The notes beneath the pieces are model-generated. The model made no database searches, had not been told where the DNA came from, and was given only the letters and a program-made list of their open reading frames with translations. A stretch of 64,000 bases of DNA from Epithemia pelagica (lineage: Eukaryota > Protista > Bacillariophyta), in NCBI GenBank assembly GCA_946965045.2, contig OX337229.1, forward strand, positions 2,294,001 to 2,358,000, written 5' to 3'. How positions within the stretch are numbered: position 1 is the stretch's first letter; the number at the start of each line of letters is the position of its first letter. Positions 25,265-38,154 of the stretch are shown here, piece by piece. The position numbers were made by a program, and so were the translations under genes.

Positions 25265-27427
25265 ATGTCTGCGAGCGGCGATCCCGTTACGCCTATTTCA
25301 ACCATGTCGGAGCGTTCCACCAACAACTTGGAATACGCCCAAGCCATGATGGGGGATTTATACAACGATTACTCCCCAGCTACCGAACGCCAGGTTACCG
25401 CCCTACGCCATCTGCTTCACAATGTCGCGTCACTCCCGCGATTCCTCAGCTTTGGCGGCATCATCACGTGCCCTATGACTTACACTAACTTGTACCATTT
25501 GGCAATGTTCCTGGAGATTGACCCCGGCGCGCTCGACCAAATCCGTGCCAGTCATCCCATTGAAGACTACAACGACCCTGTCCGTTCGCTCACGTTTGAC
25601 AAAATTTACTGTCTCGTTCGTGTAGCCAAGTTTACCTACGACATTCTCGGGGAACAGTTCCGCAGCGGGCATGACATCACGCTCATCACGAAAGAAGATT
25701 TTGTCCGTTATGAGGAATCCCATCCTCTGCGTGGACCGCTAGAAGGTGAGCCATCCGTTTCCCAGCGTTCCGCCAAGAAATCAAAGAAGAAGAAACACAA
25801 GAAGAAGAAAGACTCTAACCGCTCTCGTCTTCTCCCTTTTCAGAATCTGTCACCTGGTATCGCCCCATCCGCCATGGGTACCCAGAGATCTCTGACGGGG
25901 ATGCCGATTATTAACCTACGGAATAAATTAACCCGTAGCGTTACCCCTACACCCGGTCTACATGGTCCGCCTACTATCAACGAAGGCGAAGTCTTTCACG
26001 ATCCTCAGCTATCTATCCCTAACTCCCATAATAGTGATAGCTCCTCAAGTTCATCCTCTAGCTATGTCCATCTTACCGATGACAACGATAGCGATAGTAG
26101 CGATGATGGCCTAGAAGCTAGGAACTTCAGGAAAGGAGTCAAACGGGATATAAGCATGTATAGCAATTTCAAGGATGACAAGCAATGGTATGCCTGGTAT
26201 CGGGATACCCTTGCTACAGCTAGAGTCCACGGGACTCATCAGGTCTTTGACCCTAGCTACTACCCCAAGACCTGGAAGGAATCTGCCCTTTGGCTAGAAA
26301 TCCAGCAGTTCATGTACTCCGTGTTCTGCCGTGTGCTCCAGACCGCCTCTGGGCGCATGATGGTCAAACGTCACGAAGAACGTACAGACGCCCAAGCTAT
26401 AGCTACGGCGCTATGTGAGCACTACGAACGCTCAATAGTAGCTCAGACCAATGTGCAGGATGTTCGCGCAGGACTCGCGCAGCTCCGCATTAAGGACTGG
26501 AAGAGCTCGAAACAAGCCTTCCTTAACCACTGGGAATCACAGTGGATGATCGTTAATCGCTGTACCGCGCACGCTGATCGCGAGTCTGACGCTGTTCGGA
26601 AACTATGCTTTGCACGGCACTACGTGATAAACCGGAATTCTTTAGCCTCTAACATCAGGACAATATCTTCCAGGCTCAGGGTAATTCACCGATTACCTAT
26701 GATAATTATCTTGCGCTGCTCCGTTCTACGGCCTTCAATATCGATTCTAGGCACACGGGCAAGCCTCGTCGTCACGCTAATACTGCCAATCAGACTTCCT
26801 CTAGCTCTAGTTCCCATAACAAGGGGGGACATGGAAAAGGGTGGTCGTCTCATGGCAGAAAGGGGGGAGATTCCAACCCAAATCGAATTTCAGTCCCGAA
26901 AAAAATCTGGAGCCAACTACCTCCTGAAGCTCGACAGGCTATCATCACTAAGAACAAGTCCCAATATCAGGCTAACTCTAGTGAACAAGAAAACTCAGGC
27001 AAGATACCCAAGGCATTATGGGACCAACTTCCTCCCAATGCAAGAAAGGCTATTGCTTCTTCTAACAAGAGCAATCGGTCTAGTAATCAAAGCCGTCAGG
27101 CAGCTCCTCAAGATAGTGCATCTATCTCTGAAACTACCATAGCTACCACGATAACTACACCACCAAGTCCGTCGACCCAGTTCGCGATCCCACCAATTCA
27201 AGCCAGCAACCAGACACTCCTTAATAATCTCTTATCCAACGCTCGATCTGATAACAGCGAGCGAGTCATCAAGTGCTACTTACAGGTGCACGCAAGCCGC
27301 AGCATCTACCACTCTGCCGGGCTCGCTCATTGATGGCGGAGCGAATGGAGGACTCGCTGGTGAAGACGTACGCGTTCTGAGTTACACGGATAGAAGTGCT
27401 GACATCACGGGAATTGGCGACAGCCAT
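25265..27427 (+). pseudogene. gag: Copia A gag-protease, frameshifted near 26600
   Basis: FRKGVKRDISMYSNFKDDKQW...TLATARVHG is CoDi-like gag. An alternate frame carries two W..LPP.AR repeats and the protease LIDGGANGG at about 27325. Confidence 0.8.
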
Positions 27428-30400
27428 ATGGAAGACGTTCCCATTGTGACGTGTACAGGTGTCGTTCAGACAACACGTGGACCAATCGTAATCATCATGA
27501 ACCAGTACGCCTACTATGGAAAGGGGAGTACTGTGCACTCTACAGAACAACTGTCCCATTTTGGCAATACGGTTGACTACAAGTCGGCTATGATCCCTGG
27601 CCATCAGCAACGCATGGTTACAGTGGACCAATGGGTAATTCCATTTCAATGCCACCAAGGATTAATTAGGATGCCTATGCACCCTCCTACGGATGAAGAA
27701 CTAGATACGCTACCTACAGTAGTGTTAACTAGTGATGCCTTATGGGAACCTGGTGTCTTAGATCATGAAATTAATGTCGAAGAAGATGTTTATCACGAAG
27801 CTATGGAGTCCCCTGAAAAACTAGAGGAGTTCAGCTCCTTCGATCCTAGGTACAACGAGACCGGCCACTACCTACATGTGGACTATGTCGCTCGTGTCCT
27901 AGAGGCCTATCAAGCAAGAACACATCCCGGTCAACCTATGGATACCGATGACAAGCTAAATGCTACAGTCAATCCCAGGAATAGGCGTCTCAACAGCTAT
28001 GACTATGAAAATCTAAGGCCCTATCTCCTCTGGCTGCCCCTAGATCGCGTCAAGAAAACACTAGAGAACTCTACTCAGTGGTTTCGCAACATGTGCCGTA
28101 TTCCATTCAGGAAGCATTTCAAGTCACGGTTCCCGGCCTTCAACGTCCCTCGACGTCATGAGCCAGTTGCTACCGATACTATGTGGTCCGAAGTCCCCGC
28201 TATAGATGGAGGAGCTAAAGGTGCCCAAGTCTTTGTTGGACGTACGACCAAATTCGTCGATGTCTATCCTGTCCGTACCGATGGAGAATTTGTCCAGACC
28301 TTAGAGGACAATATTTGCCGGCGCGGGGCCATGGATATGCTCATCAGCGATAATGCCAAGGCACAAATCAGTAACAAGGTCAAGGATATCCTACGTATGT
28401 ACAAGATCGCTGACTATCAGAGCGAGCCACACCACCAGCACCAAAATTTTGCTGAGCGCACGATTGGATTCCTCAAGGACACGTGCAATAGGGTTCTCAC
28501 CTTTACAGGTGCCCCTACCAATTTGTGGCTTCTGTGTCTGTTATATGTCGCGACCGTCCTCAACATATGTTCGCTCGAATCCCTTGATAACCTATCACCC
28601 CACCAGAAGTTAACCGGTCAACGGCCAGACATCTCTGCCGCTACATGTTTTCTATTTTATGAACCGGTCTATTACTCCGAAACCGGCCAATTCCCTACCC
28701 CACAAGAATGTAAGGGGAGATGGGTAGGCTTTGCTGATAATGTGGGTGACGCCCTAACGTTCCAAACCCTTAGCGATGATACCCAACGTATCGTACATCA
28801 CCCCGCGGTACTGTCTGCTCTCATCGAGTCGGAGCGTAACCATCAGCTTGATCCATTCGAAGGGGAGAATTCTCAGAAGGCAATTCAAGAAAAAGTCCAT
28901 TCCCGCGATTTTGAGTCGGATGGATGTCCCCCACCACCTGTTTTCTCGCCTTTGGATGACACAGACCTCGTTGGTCGCACCTTTCTTACCGACCCCACTG
29001 AAGACGGTCGCAGATTCCAAGCTACCGTTGTTAGCAAGATCCAAGAGATAGACAACGACACACAAGAAGCTAGAGAGAAATATCTAGCTAAGGTGCCCCA
29101 CGAAGAACATGATCGTATTATGGGATATCAGGAGCTCATAGACGCCCTATCTACCCAAGAAATCAACCTCAAGGACGGCAATACAGAAGATCTTACATTC
29201 TGGAATTGGAAACAAATCCAATCGAAGGAAGGCCCACTATCCCCTACACATCCTAGCTACAAAGGATCCAAGTATAATCTCGTTATCGAGTGGGATGACG
29301 GTTCAGTCACACATGAACCGCTCGACATCTTCTGCAAGGATGCTCCTATGGCATGCGCCACATATGCAAAAGACAATGGGCTATTGTCCGCTCCAGGTTC
29401 GAAAAGATTCAAACGTCTTCTTGAAGCTGAAGAACGAATGGAACGATCTATCAAGAAAGCTAAACATAATCATAACAAGATCAAGTACATGTATGGTGTT
29501 CGCATTCCGCGCCATCCAGCCGAAGCGCTTCGTTTTGATGAAGAAAATGGCAATACTAAATGGCTTGATTCAATGAAACTAGAGATACAGCAGTTAATGG
29601 ATTACCCGACCTTTATAGTCAAGGGAACTAATGTCTACATGCCTGCTGACTTCACCAAGATTAGATGCCGCATGGTCTTTGCCGTCAAACACGATGGTCG
29701 CCATAAATCACGATTCGTGGCAGGTGGACACCTGACAGACGATCCTGGGGAAAGTGTGTATTCTGGAGTAGTATCTCTCAGAAGTATCAGACTTATCCTC
29801 CTGATTGGTGAGCTCAATGGCTTACTGGCTTATCATGCTGATGTTGGGAATGCGTACCTTGAAGCATATACAAAAGAAAAGGTATACTTCGAAGCTGGTC
29901 CAGAATTTAAAGCATTTGGTCTTGAAGGGTACACTGTGGTTATAAACAAGGCACTCTACGGTCTCAAGACATCTGGGAAACGTTATCATGAACGCTTTGC
30001 CGACACAATGCGAAGTGACGGATTCTCCCCATGTCGCGCCGACACAGACGTTTGGATGAGACGTAATGGTAATGTTTATGAATACATTGCTATATATGTA
30101 GATGACCTACTGTTGATCATGAAGAGCCCAAGAAAATATCTTGACAGACTTGTCAATGCCCACAAGTATAAGCTCAAAGGTGATGAGCCTCTCAGTTTCC
30201 ACCTTGGCTGTGACTTTGGTAGAGACCCTGATGGTACACTCTATTATAAGCCCAAGAAGTACATTCAGAAGATGGTGAGTACTTATGAAAAGATGTTTCC
30301 AGGGGAGACCTTGAAGAAACAATCATCCCCATTACAAAGTGGTGATCATCCTGAACTTGATGAAACAGATTTCTTGGATGAAGAGGGCATAGCAAAGTAC

Positions 30401-31190
30401 ATGTCAATGGTTGGTGCTACACAATGGTTAGTCACACTTGGCCGATTCCATGTAGCAATTGCTGTAAACGCATTATCTTCATACCGTGTTGCCCCCAGAA
30501 TTGGACACATGGATCGCATGAAACGTCTCTATGGATACGTCAAGCATTTTCAAGATGGAGCTATAAGAGTCAGGACAGGTATTCCTGATTATAGTGAACT
30601 CAAAGGAGAAGAACATGATTGGTTGAACTCCATATATGGAAATATTGATGAAGAACTTCCTCAAGACATGCCGACGCCGTTAGGAAAGATGGTCAGGATT
30701 TCTGCATTCTTTGTGGCAAATCTATATCATGACCTCATCACAGGACGTGCAATGACCGGTGTGCTGATGTTTGTCAACAAGACCCCTGTAGATTGGTACT
30801 CCAAGAAACAAAGTACTGTCGCCACTGCGACGTTCACTTCAGAGTTCATAGCATGACGTACTATGACTGATCAAGTTCTGGATCTTCAATACACGCTTAG
30901 GATGTTGGGAGTCCCTCTAGATTACCACACCTATGCATTTGGAGACAACAAGTCTATTATTACCTAGTCGACAGTGCCTGAATCACAGCTGACAAAACGT
31001 TGGAACGCCCTAGCTTTCCATCGAGTCCGTGAAGCCGTCGCAAGTGGGATCCTCAAGTTATATCACATTCCAGGAGCTGAGAACCCATCTGATGTTCTTA
31101 CCAAGTTCCTTGGATATCAACAAGCTTGGCCTCATCTCAAAGCTTTGTTGTTTTGGATGGGTGATACCGCCGACATTTCCCCGAAGGGGA
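27428..31190 (+). pseudogene. pol: Copia A pol (IN-RT-RNase H) with premature stops at about 30854 and 30964
   Basis: VATDT, LISDNAK, HHQHQNFAER, KSRFVAGGH, DVGNAYL, KALYGLK, YVDDLL and ENPSDVLTK motifs. Confidence 0.92.
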
Positions 31191-31191
31191 G

Positions 31192-31770
31192 TAATACCTT
31201 GAACACCTATGTTGGCTATATCCTCCAATAGGTAGTTCTATAGTCATGAAGAGTCCCGGAAAGTACGCGGCAGATCAATCGCATATAGCCTAGATTCCTG
31301 AATGAATCTAGATTAGGCACGATTGAGTCACGAAGATCTATTCACTCCTAATTTATGTATACTCCACGATCGAACTAGTCCTATGTCTCATAGGCTATGT
31401 TATATTTATATTCTCCAAGATCTAATCGCGGATTGAGGCATATCAACCGCGCGTAAAGAGTCGCAACGGATAGTCTACGGCGAACTATTACATCTAAACT
31501 ATATATGCACCTCTAGGTGATATGGGCCTGTGCCGATGACCCTAAACGGCGATCTTTTCCGTCTAGAAGCCTTTTACACCTCGATCCAAGATCCAGGATC
31601 ACCTTAATGGGAACCTGGGATCGAAAGGATCCAATCTAGAAATGCACTTCATGTAATCACAATATTTTATCATCAACTATTCGAAAGCCTCTATCTTATC
31701 GTAATTATACCGTCTCCATCGTGTGTGTTTTGTTACACCCTATCTAACCTCCCTTCCTTCCAGCTTGTCA
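31192..31770 (+). repeat. 3' LTR of copia A (579 bp; 23-bp deletion relative to the 5' LTR)
   Basis: Matches the 5' LTR apart from the missing CGCTGGACTTAACCGTATCGCGC and scattered substitutions. Confidence 0.93.
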
Positions 31771-32763
31771 GTATAATTGTTGGGCCATGTTTTCCATACG
31801 TCGTCTGGTGTGTGGACTGTCGCGGTTTGTTTGCTTGTGTATGATCTGATTTCGGTGGGTCCAAAGCTCTTTACTGGTGTACCAGAAGTGCGCTATAAGG
31901 GTCGGGGCCCACGGTGGTGGCGGGTGTTTTTGTTTGGTGATATGGGGGTGATCGTGGAGAAATTGAGATTGTGCATGTGCCATTCGCGGGGAAGGAACCC
32001 GCGAAAGATCAGTATGGCACCGTAGTCGTTCAAATTGTCATCGGGAGAAGTTAAGGCTTGGGGAGAGAATAGGGCATCCACGCAATCCAAAATATGTTGG
32101 TGCAAATCTGGTGCTGTGTGTTAAGTTCTGAGGCGCTCGTCAAGTTCCTGCCGAAAGCCGTCGCGCCAAGTCTGGTAACGTCTGCATAAGTACAGATGGT
32201 GTTGAGTTTCGTCCTGTGGGCAACACGGGCATTGGGCGGAGATGGGTTCGTAGCGGGCGAGTCGTGAATTTGTAGGTAACCATCCGGCAAGCAGTTAAAC
32301 AAAGAAACGGACGAGAAATCTCTGTTTGTTTGGCTGCTTGTTCGAACGAGTGCCAGTCGATAAGTGCTTGCTCGTTCGGTTGCCAACCAAATTTATGTTG
32401 AAAATATGATGCCATGGTTTTTCCGGGAAGAATTTTCCGGAGTGTCTTCAATTCATCGTCGGTATGGGGTCCATAGGCTTGAGTAACAAGGCGGACTTTG
32501 CCATGAGGAAACAAGAAAAAGAGCGGACTGCCGCCGTCAGGTTGTCGATCCAAAGCGTAAGTAGCCAACGCGTCTGCGATAACATTGAGTTGGGCGGGTC
32601 TTGGGAGAAAAGTGTAGCTGACCTGCTGATCCTGATGGCCAGTGACGTGTTCGAAGGTGATGTAATACGGAAATTTGCGGAGTTTGGCGAAAATCTCCAT
32701 GTATAAGTCTATGTCATTGCGGGTGTAGACAGACGAGTACCACTCATTACCGTAGTAGGAATA
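31771..32763 (-). pseudogene. LINE RNase H and C-terminal region
   Basis: DIDLYMEI...ITFEHVTGHQD...LNVIADALA, and FWYTSKELWTHRNQIIH. Confidence 0.85.
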
Positions 32764-32867
32764 CTTCACGGTATGACTCGTCGGGCACGTGTCTTGTCGG
32801 GCATTTCTCCCGACTAGCCGGGCGCCTGACGAGAAAGGACTGAAAAATACAGGGGAGTATTCTGCTT

Positions 32868-32895
32868 ACTCCATACCTAGATATGCAGGTAGTTC
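32868..32895 (+). repeat. Left inverted repeat of the YR element
   Basis: ACTCCATACCTAGATATGCAGGTAGTTC; 27/28 match to the reverse complement of 44357-44384. Confidence 0.85.
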
Positions 32896-33556
32896 CGACC
32901 ACCCGCCATATTTAATAGACAGGACATGTCCGTTGATGAAATTTGGAAGTCGCACAGGAAATTTTCGTCTCTAAGTAATTTTAAAACCTTCCGTTCCTCG
33001 GATTATATAGGCCCCAGTCCCCAGAGATCTCGTCGACCTCCCTTTCCTCTCGATCCGGAAATCAGGAAGGAAGACCGACAGCAATGACATTACCATTCCA
33101 AGTGGCTCTCTTCCTATAGAATAGTGTTTGATTGGTGTGTATAATAGCATGAACATCATTGATTTGGTCTCGGAGTCTGATTCTGAGTCTTCGGACTCGT
33201 CAACTTCCTACATGTACCTCTTTGACGAACCCGAGAACATGAACAATTGGGAAGGAAGGTGGGTTGAGCGGATTGATCTTTGCACTGGGAGCTCAGAGGA
33301 GCACAGTGACTCCTCTGACTCCTGGATGCTCAAAAGGTCGAGCAAACTGTAAGTGTTTGTTTGATTGTCGTATTTGTTCTTGCTCGTTGGCCCGTTTTTC
33401 GTCAATTTCGACAATGGTCGTCTTCCTTTTCGCGTCGAAATCTTCCCGGTCGCACTTACCAATTCAAATTTCCTTCGACCGTCACACCGATCCTCATTCT
33501 TCCTGTTATTTCTCATTTCTCATTTGTTGTGTCATATGATAAGCAGAAGGAAGCTC

Positions 33557-33796
33557 TGAATAAAAACTGACGGCCAGACGCAAAATACGGCTTGCAACAA
33601 TCAAACTATCAGAAATTATGATGACTAAACTAGGGGTGCCCTTTGGGGGCAAATCGCTCACGTAGGGGCCAAATAGCGACCACGGTACCCACTAGCGAAC
33701 ACATAACTAGGGGCCGGGCGATGCCAGGCGGTGCGTAGCGAGGCATGGCGAGGCCCTTCGTAGGTTACAAAGGGGGCGCCCGTGATTATTTATTTA
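33557..33796 (-). repeat. 3' LTR of copia B-
   Basis: Direct repeat of 40726-40965; reads TAAATAAA...TTTATTCA in element sense. Confidence 0.95.
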
Positions 33797-33918
33797 GTCC
33801 CCGCGAACAAAATCGGGGTGGGCAACTTCGTTTAGTTCGTCATGTCAGCAGAGGCCGGTCCAGTACGTCGGACTATTCTTCAAAAGGGGGCGATCCCATT
33901 TTGGATCTAAAAGGGGTG

Positions 33919-36900
33919 CTACCACATGATACGTTGGGCCAGGAATCGCAATCGAGGTCCGGGTAGCAGTTTGGTTAGGATATCGGCAAGATTCGTTTCA
34001 CCTTCTTCCCATGCAATGCGCACGAGTCCAGCGGCTTGCGCTTCACGAGTCCGATGATAAGCAATTGCGTTGTGCTTCTTCTTTAGGACTGATTCCGGCT
34101 GCGTCGAGTTCTTAAACACAGATTCATTGTCGCAAAACACATTCGTCTCTCCATCCAACGGGATACCCATCATTCGCAACTTATACCGAAATGCTTCAAT
34201 CATTTCAATGGCAGTCTTCATCGCCACAAACTCACTGCCAAATGTAGACGTCTCAACAGTGTTTTGTCGTTTTGAATACCACATGATCGGTGCTCGTTGC
34301 AAGAACAGTAGGACTCCTGTTTGAGAGCGCCGTGTGACACGACATCCAGCATGATCAGCATCGACAAAGCAAGTCGTGGTGACAGCGTTTCCACGCGGTG
34401 CTGGTGCGTTTGGCGGAATTGGCTCGGCAGCATCAGGATAATACTCAGACCAATCCGGTCGGGTAAAACGTGACTCGTCGAAGTCAGGGGTTGTATCATC
34501 GAACACAATGGAGGATTTATCGTATTTCTTCAGATACGCAGAGATGTGTAACGTTTGCTCGAGATGTCCTTCTCGTGGATTCGCCATAAAACGGGACATA
34601 TGGGAGACTGCGGTTGTAATGTCGATACGACCGAGTTCAACAATCCAACGGAGAATACCAATCAGTCCTTGGTAATAGTTCGCACGTCTTGCGTCGAGTT
34701 CAGGAGTCGCATCCAATTCCGGGCGATATCCATCGGCGATCGGCGTCGTCACTTTGGACTTCAGCTTTTCTCCGGATTTCTCCAGTTCCGTTTCGACTTC
34801 AGCAAGAGCACGCTTACAATACTTGTCAGCGGACATGGCCCAACGATCGCGGTTCGACGGATCTTGCGTGTCGGGTATGGTATAACGCCGTATTTCGGAT
34901 CCCAAGTATTCGTCTGGTGGTTTGATACTGTCGGGCTTGATCGTATAGCGCCTCTGCAGGTCCTGCATCACGGTTTTGGGATCATGACTAACAATCAGCA
35001 GATCATCAATGTAGACCAAAACATACTCGTAATACTGGAACCCATCAGATGGTCGAGTGTTCGCTCGAAGCCATACGTCCGGATCAGCTTGACACATCTT
35101 AAATCCCATATCGCGGAGCGTTGCGGCGATGTGATCACGCCACCTTGCAGCAGAACTTTTGAGACCATATAATGCGCGCACTATCAGTGCGGGTTGTCCA
35201 ACCTTATCGGGTCCAAATTCGAGTCCCGCGGTGGTATAGGTCTTCTCTTTAGTCGGTGCGTTGAGATATGCGTTTTGCACGTCCCCGACGAGAACATCAA
35301 GACCATTTAGTGCAGCGATAGTAAAAGCAATGCGTACGCTATCGCGTGATACCACACTAGAATAGGTCGATTCTTTGGGTGGATCAGTTTTGTGGCCTCC
35401 GGCCACTAACCGTGCTTTTCGTCGCAGGTCTGATTTGATGTCAAAAACCATATGACAGGGAATATGCTTATATCCAGAAGGCACTTCGCCATCAGCTGGA
35501 AATTCGAAAGCAATGCCAACGTTCTTCATTTCTTTCTCAATAGCCTTACGCCAGAAGTCAGTGCCCGTTCGACGGTCAATCGCCAGAGCTTCTTCCACAG
35601 AGTGGGGCAACTCAATGCCATACTTGTGCGTTCGCTTCCAATAACGTGACTTAACCTTTTTGATAATGCGGTCTCGTTTGCGAAGTGCACGTGGCACCCA
35701 CCATGCGAAAGCAGGCTCTTTTGCGATGCCAGTGGATACTGCGTATTCGGCGGCTTCAATCATATTTCCATTCTTGACGTCTTTGAGCGGCAGCCAAACA
35801 GTCGATTGATCGGACAGTTCACATTGCAATTCCCAGCCTTTCGTTGTGTGGTGTGATGTGCCGTCAAGGAACGATGCGTCTGTTCGCTTAACTGCGGTCT
35901 CATCACTGCGGTGTCCCACAATGGCTTTCAATGTGTTGAACGCATTACCCTCCGGGTCAACTTGCGAATACAGATTCTCTGCGATCATATTGGTTGCATA
36001 CGACTCGACCGATCCATCCGGAAACTGTACATCGTAGTACCGGGTATCAAGGATTGGGTTGGCGTCGCGCTCACCAATAGGTCGCCCATGAGCATCTTTC
36101 GTGCGTCCAATGATTTTCGCTCGAGCGCTTTCACCTCCTCGCGGCAGCATGACTTCAGCGGTGAGATATTCGTCTAGTTCCTCCGGCGTGTACGCGTCGG
36201 ATTCCAGGGCTTCGGCCTCTGGGAACAAGGGCTCTAGAAGTTCACCTTCGTCAAGGAGGTCTGGGGGTGGATCGCTCCCAGTTGTGCCATCAGATGGCGG
36301 CTCATTCATTTGCGTTTGAATAGCGACATCATAGTCCAACAACTGCTGATGAATCGTCGGATTCTTCAGGTCGTCTTCCGGAATGGCCCACACATCTTTC
36401 CGCGTGACATGATTGCCCTCTTGCGTTAGGATTTCATAGGCCATATCATCGGTGCAATCATCGGCTAAACCCAACCATCGGCCAATCAGTCTTTTTTCGA
36501 AGGGAAACTGTGCCATGGGCATGCGATAATACACCGGCTGATAGAATTGGAACATGGCTAATGGAGAGATGTCTGGCGTTGAGCCAATTACATGCTCGAA
36601 CGGTGTACGTCCATCTAATTCAGGGATATCGGATGCCGTGAGTTGCCGTACGTGTGAGCACCATTTAAGAGCATAGCTCCATAAACGTCGTGGTGCGCCG
36701 GTTGTCCTCATAATCTTGACAACTCCCTTCTTTAGTTCACGAATGCTCGCTTCGGCGGCGTTCTGCCATGGACTATAAGGAACCGTTTTCTCCATCTTTA
36801 TGCGGTACTCGTTGCATATTTCACGGGACTTCCCTAGGAACAATTCTCGGGCACCATCAGATACCATTGTTTGGGGAATCCCTACATTGTGAATCAAAGA

Positions 36901-38154
36901 CATCAATCCTTCAGGATGTTGCTTTTTCGACTTCCAGGGATAAACGTGGTCGAATCCTTTGCCGTCTGTAAAGATCGAGGCGCCCGTGTCCCCGTTCAGT
37001 GATACTTCCTTGGCAAACATCTCGTCCGAGAACCAACGGCCTTTCACATTAGGGAATTTGAGCCACGGTGCCTTCTTATGGACCTTTCGCTCAGATGGGA
37101 TTAATACGTTTCGTACTCCAGCCTGCGTCGTCACTTTAAGCGTATTCTTCGCTTTGGGTAAACCAATGCCCCAACGTTGTGACAGTACGGCTGCGTCAAG
37201 CACTCCCTTTCCAGCAGGATCGGCTGGGGAAGACTCGTTAGCAGTCTTGATCATGTACAGCCGACGTTCACGTTTGTCCTCCGGGACTACATCAGGCTCC
37301 TCCTTCTCTGGATGAACAGTGACCGTCGCTATTAAGCGTTCGTACAGGTCGTCGCCTTGTGCGTCGGCGTCCAGATCGGGTGATGGATTGGCAAAAGCAT
37401 GCTGGTACGTTCGCACTGCTTTGATGAGTCGTGGAATGGAGGATGCGGCAATCGAATTCGGATCGCCATTGCGAACGACAGTAGCGGCAGCTACACCCAG
37501 TTTCTCCTCCGCGTCCGCAAAGGCGGTAGAACGAGGTTGCCATGGGCTATCGGCAGTTAGCACAACTTGTGGCAAGTGTTCCAGCTCGTCAGAAGTGGGT
37601 TTGCGAGTGGTGAAACCACTTATCACACCAGCCATGGTGAGCGGGATAGTGAGATCGGCATCCGATACGTGGATACTATGCGTGCTGTGCGGGTCAAACT
37701 GTTTAGGTACGTTGTTGACAACGATGCCATGGGCACGCATCTGGTTCGGACAGAGTAACGAACTGCCCATACGGTCCCCTAAAAACAATGCTTGGTGGAT
37801 AACAAGCAAGTAAGACTGGTTTTCGCTGTCAGTCCAGACAGTGGCAACAGTCGCAATAGGGACATTGGTCAGCGGGTTATATTCCTCCGCGAACGGATGC
37901 ACACTGATATAGCGGTGGGCTTCGGAGAGCATTACGAAGTCTCTTCCCACGGCACAGGTGTCCGCATGTGAGTCCAACTCACAGGTGAGCTCAATGGTCT
38001 CAACACCATATTCGTCGGTGTTCATAGCACATAGACGATGTGCGAAACGTTCAGAATAACTATAATGGGTGCCTACATGTGTATTCGATTGAACAATAAG
38101 ATTCGTTTTATCAAGTTTTACTGCTTCGGCAGCGGATACACAGGGCACACTCCA
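33919..38154 (-). CDS. pol: Copia B- pol (PR-IN-RT-RNase H), in frame with gag after UGA
   Basis: CELDSHADTC, WFSDEM, MVSDGARE, PYSPWQNAAE, KARLVAGGH, DVQNAYL, RALYGLK, YIDDLL, FVDADHAG and NLADILTK motifs. Confidence 0.95.
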   Translation of the reverse strand, partial: WSVPCVSAAEAVKLDKTNLIVQSNTHVGTHYSYSERFAHRLCAMNTDEYGVETIELTCELDSHADTCAVGRDFVMLSEAHRYISVHPFAEEYNPLTNVPIATVATVWTDSENQSYLLVIHQALFLGDRMGSSLLCPNQMRAHGIVVNNVPKQFDPHSTHSIHVSDADLTIPLTMAGVISGFTTRKPTSDELEHLPQVVLTADSPWQPRSTAFADAEEKLGVAAATVVRNGDPNSIAASSIPRLIKAVRTYQHAFANPSPDLDADAQGDDLYERLIATVTVHPEKEEPDVVPEDKRERRLYMIKTANESSPADPAGKGVLDAAVLSQRWGIGLPKAKNTLKVTTQAGVRNVLIPSERKVHKKAPWLKFPNVKGRWFSDEMFAKEVSLNGDTGASIFTDGKGFDHVYPWKSKKQHPEGLMSLIHNVGIPQTMVSDGARELFLGKSREICNEYRIKMEKTVPYSPWQNAAEASIRELKKGVVKIMRTTGAPRRLWSYALKWCSHVRQLTASDIPELDGRTPFEHVIGSTPDISPLAMFQFYQPVYYRMPMAQFPFEKRLIGRWLGLADDCTDDMAYEILTQEGNHVTRKDVWAIPEDDLKNPTIHQQLLDYDVAIQTQMNEPPSDGTTGSDPPPDLLDEGELLEPLFPEAEALESDAYTPEELDEYLTAEVMLPRGGESARAKIIGRTKDAHGRPIGERDANPILDTRYYDVQFPDGSVESYATNMIAENLYSQVDPEGNAFNTLKAIVGHRSDETAVKRTDASFLDGTSHHTTKGWELQCELSDQSTVWLPLKDVKNGNMIEAAEYAVSTGIAKEPAFAWWVPRALRKRDRIIKKVKSRYWKRTHKYGIELPHSVEEALAIDRRTGTDFWRKAIEKEMKNVGIAFEFPADGEVPSGYKHIPCHMVFDIKSDLRRKARLVAGGHKTDPPKESTYSSVVSRDSVRIAFTIAALNGLDVLVGDVQNAYLNAPTKEKTYTTAGLEFGPDKVGQPALIVRALYGLKSSAARWRDHIAATLRDMGFKMCQADPDVWLRANTRPSDGFQYYEYVLVYIDDLLIVSHDPKTVMQDLQRRYTIKPDSIKPPDEYLGSEIRRYTIPDTQDPSNRDRWAMSADKYCKRALAEVETELEKSGEKLKSKVTTPIADGYRPELDATPELDARRANYYQGLIGILRWIVELGRIDITTAVSHMSRFMANPREGHLEQTLHISAYLKKYDKSSIVFDDTTPDFDESRFTRPDWSEYYPDAAEPIPPNAPAPRGNAVTTTCFVDADHAGCRVTRRSQTGVLLFLQRAPIMWYSKRQNTVETSTFGSEFVAMKTAIEMIEAFRYKLRMMGIPLDGETNVFCDNESVFKNSTQPESVLKKKHNAIAYHRTREAQAAGLVRIAWEEGETNLADILTKLLPGPRLRFLAQRIMW

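Larger units (their letters stand above)
23737..31770 (+). mobile_element. Full-length degenerate Ty1/copia 'copia A'; TSD GTACA/GTATA
   Basis: Paired LTRs, PBS, gag-PR-IN-RT-RH, PPT AAGGGGAG at about 31184-31191, and a 5-bp TSD at 23732-23736 and 31771-31775 (1 mismatch). Confidence 0.95.
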
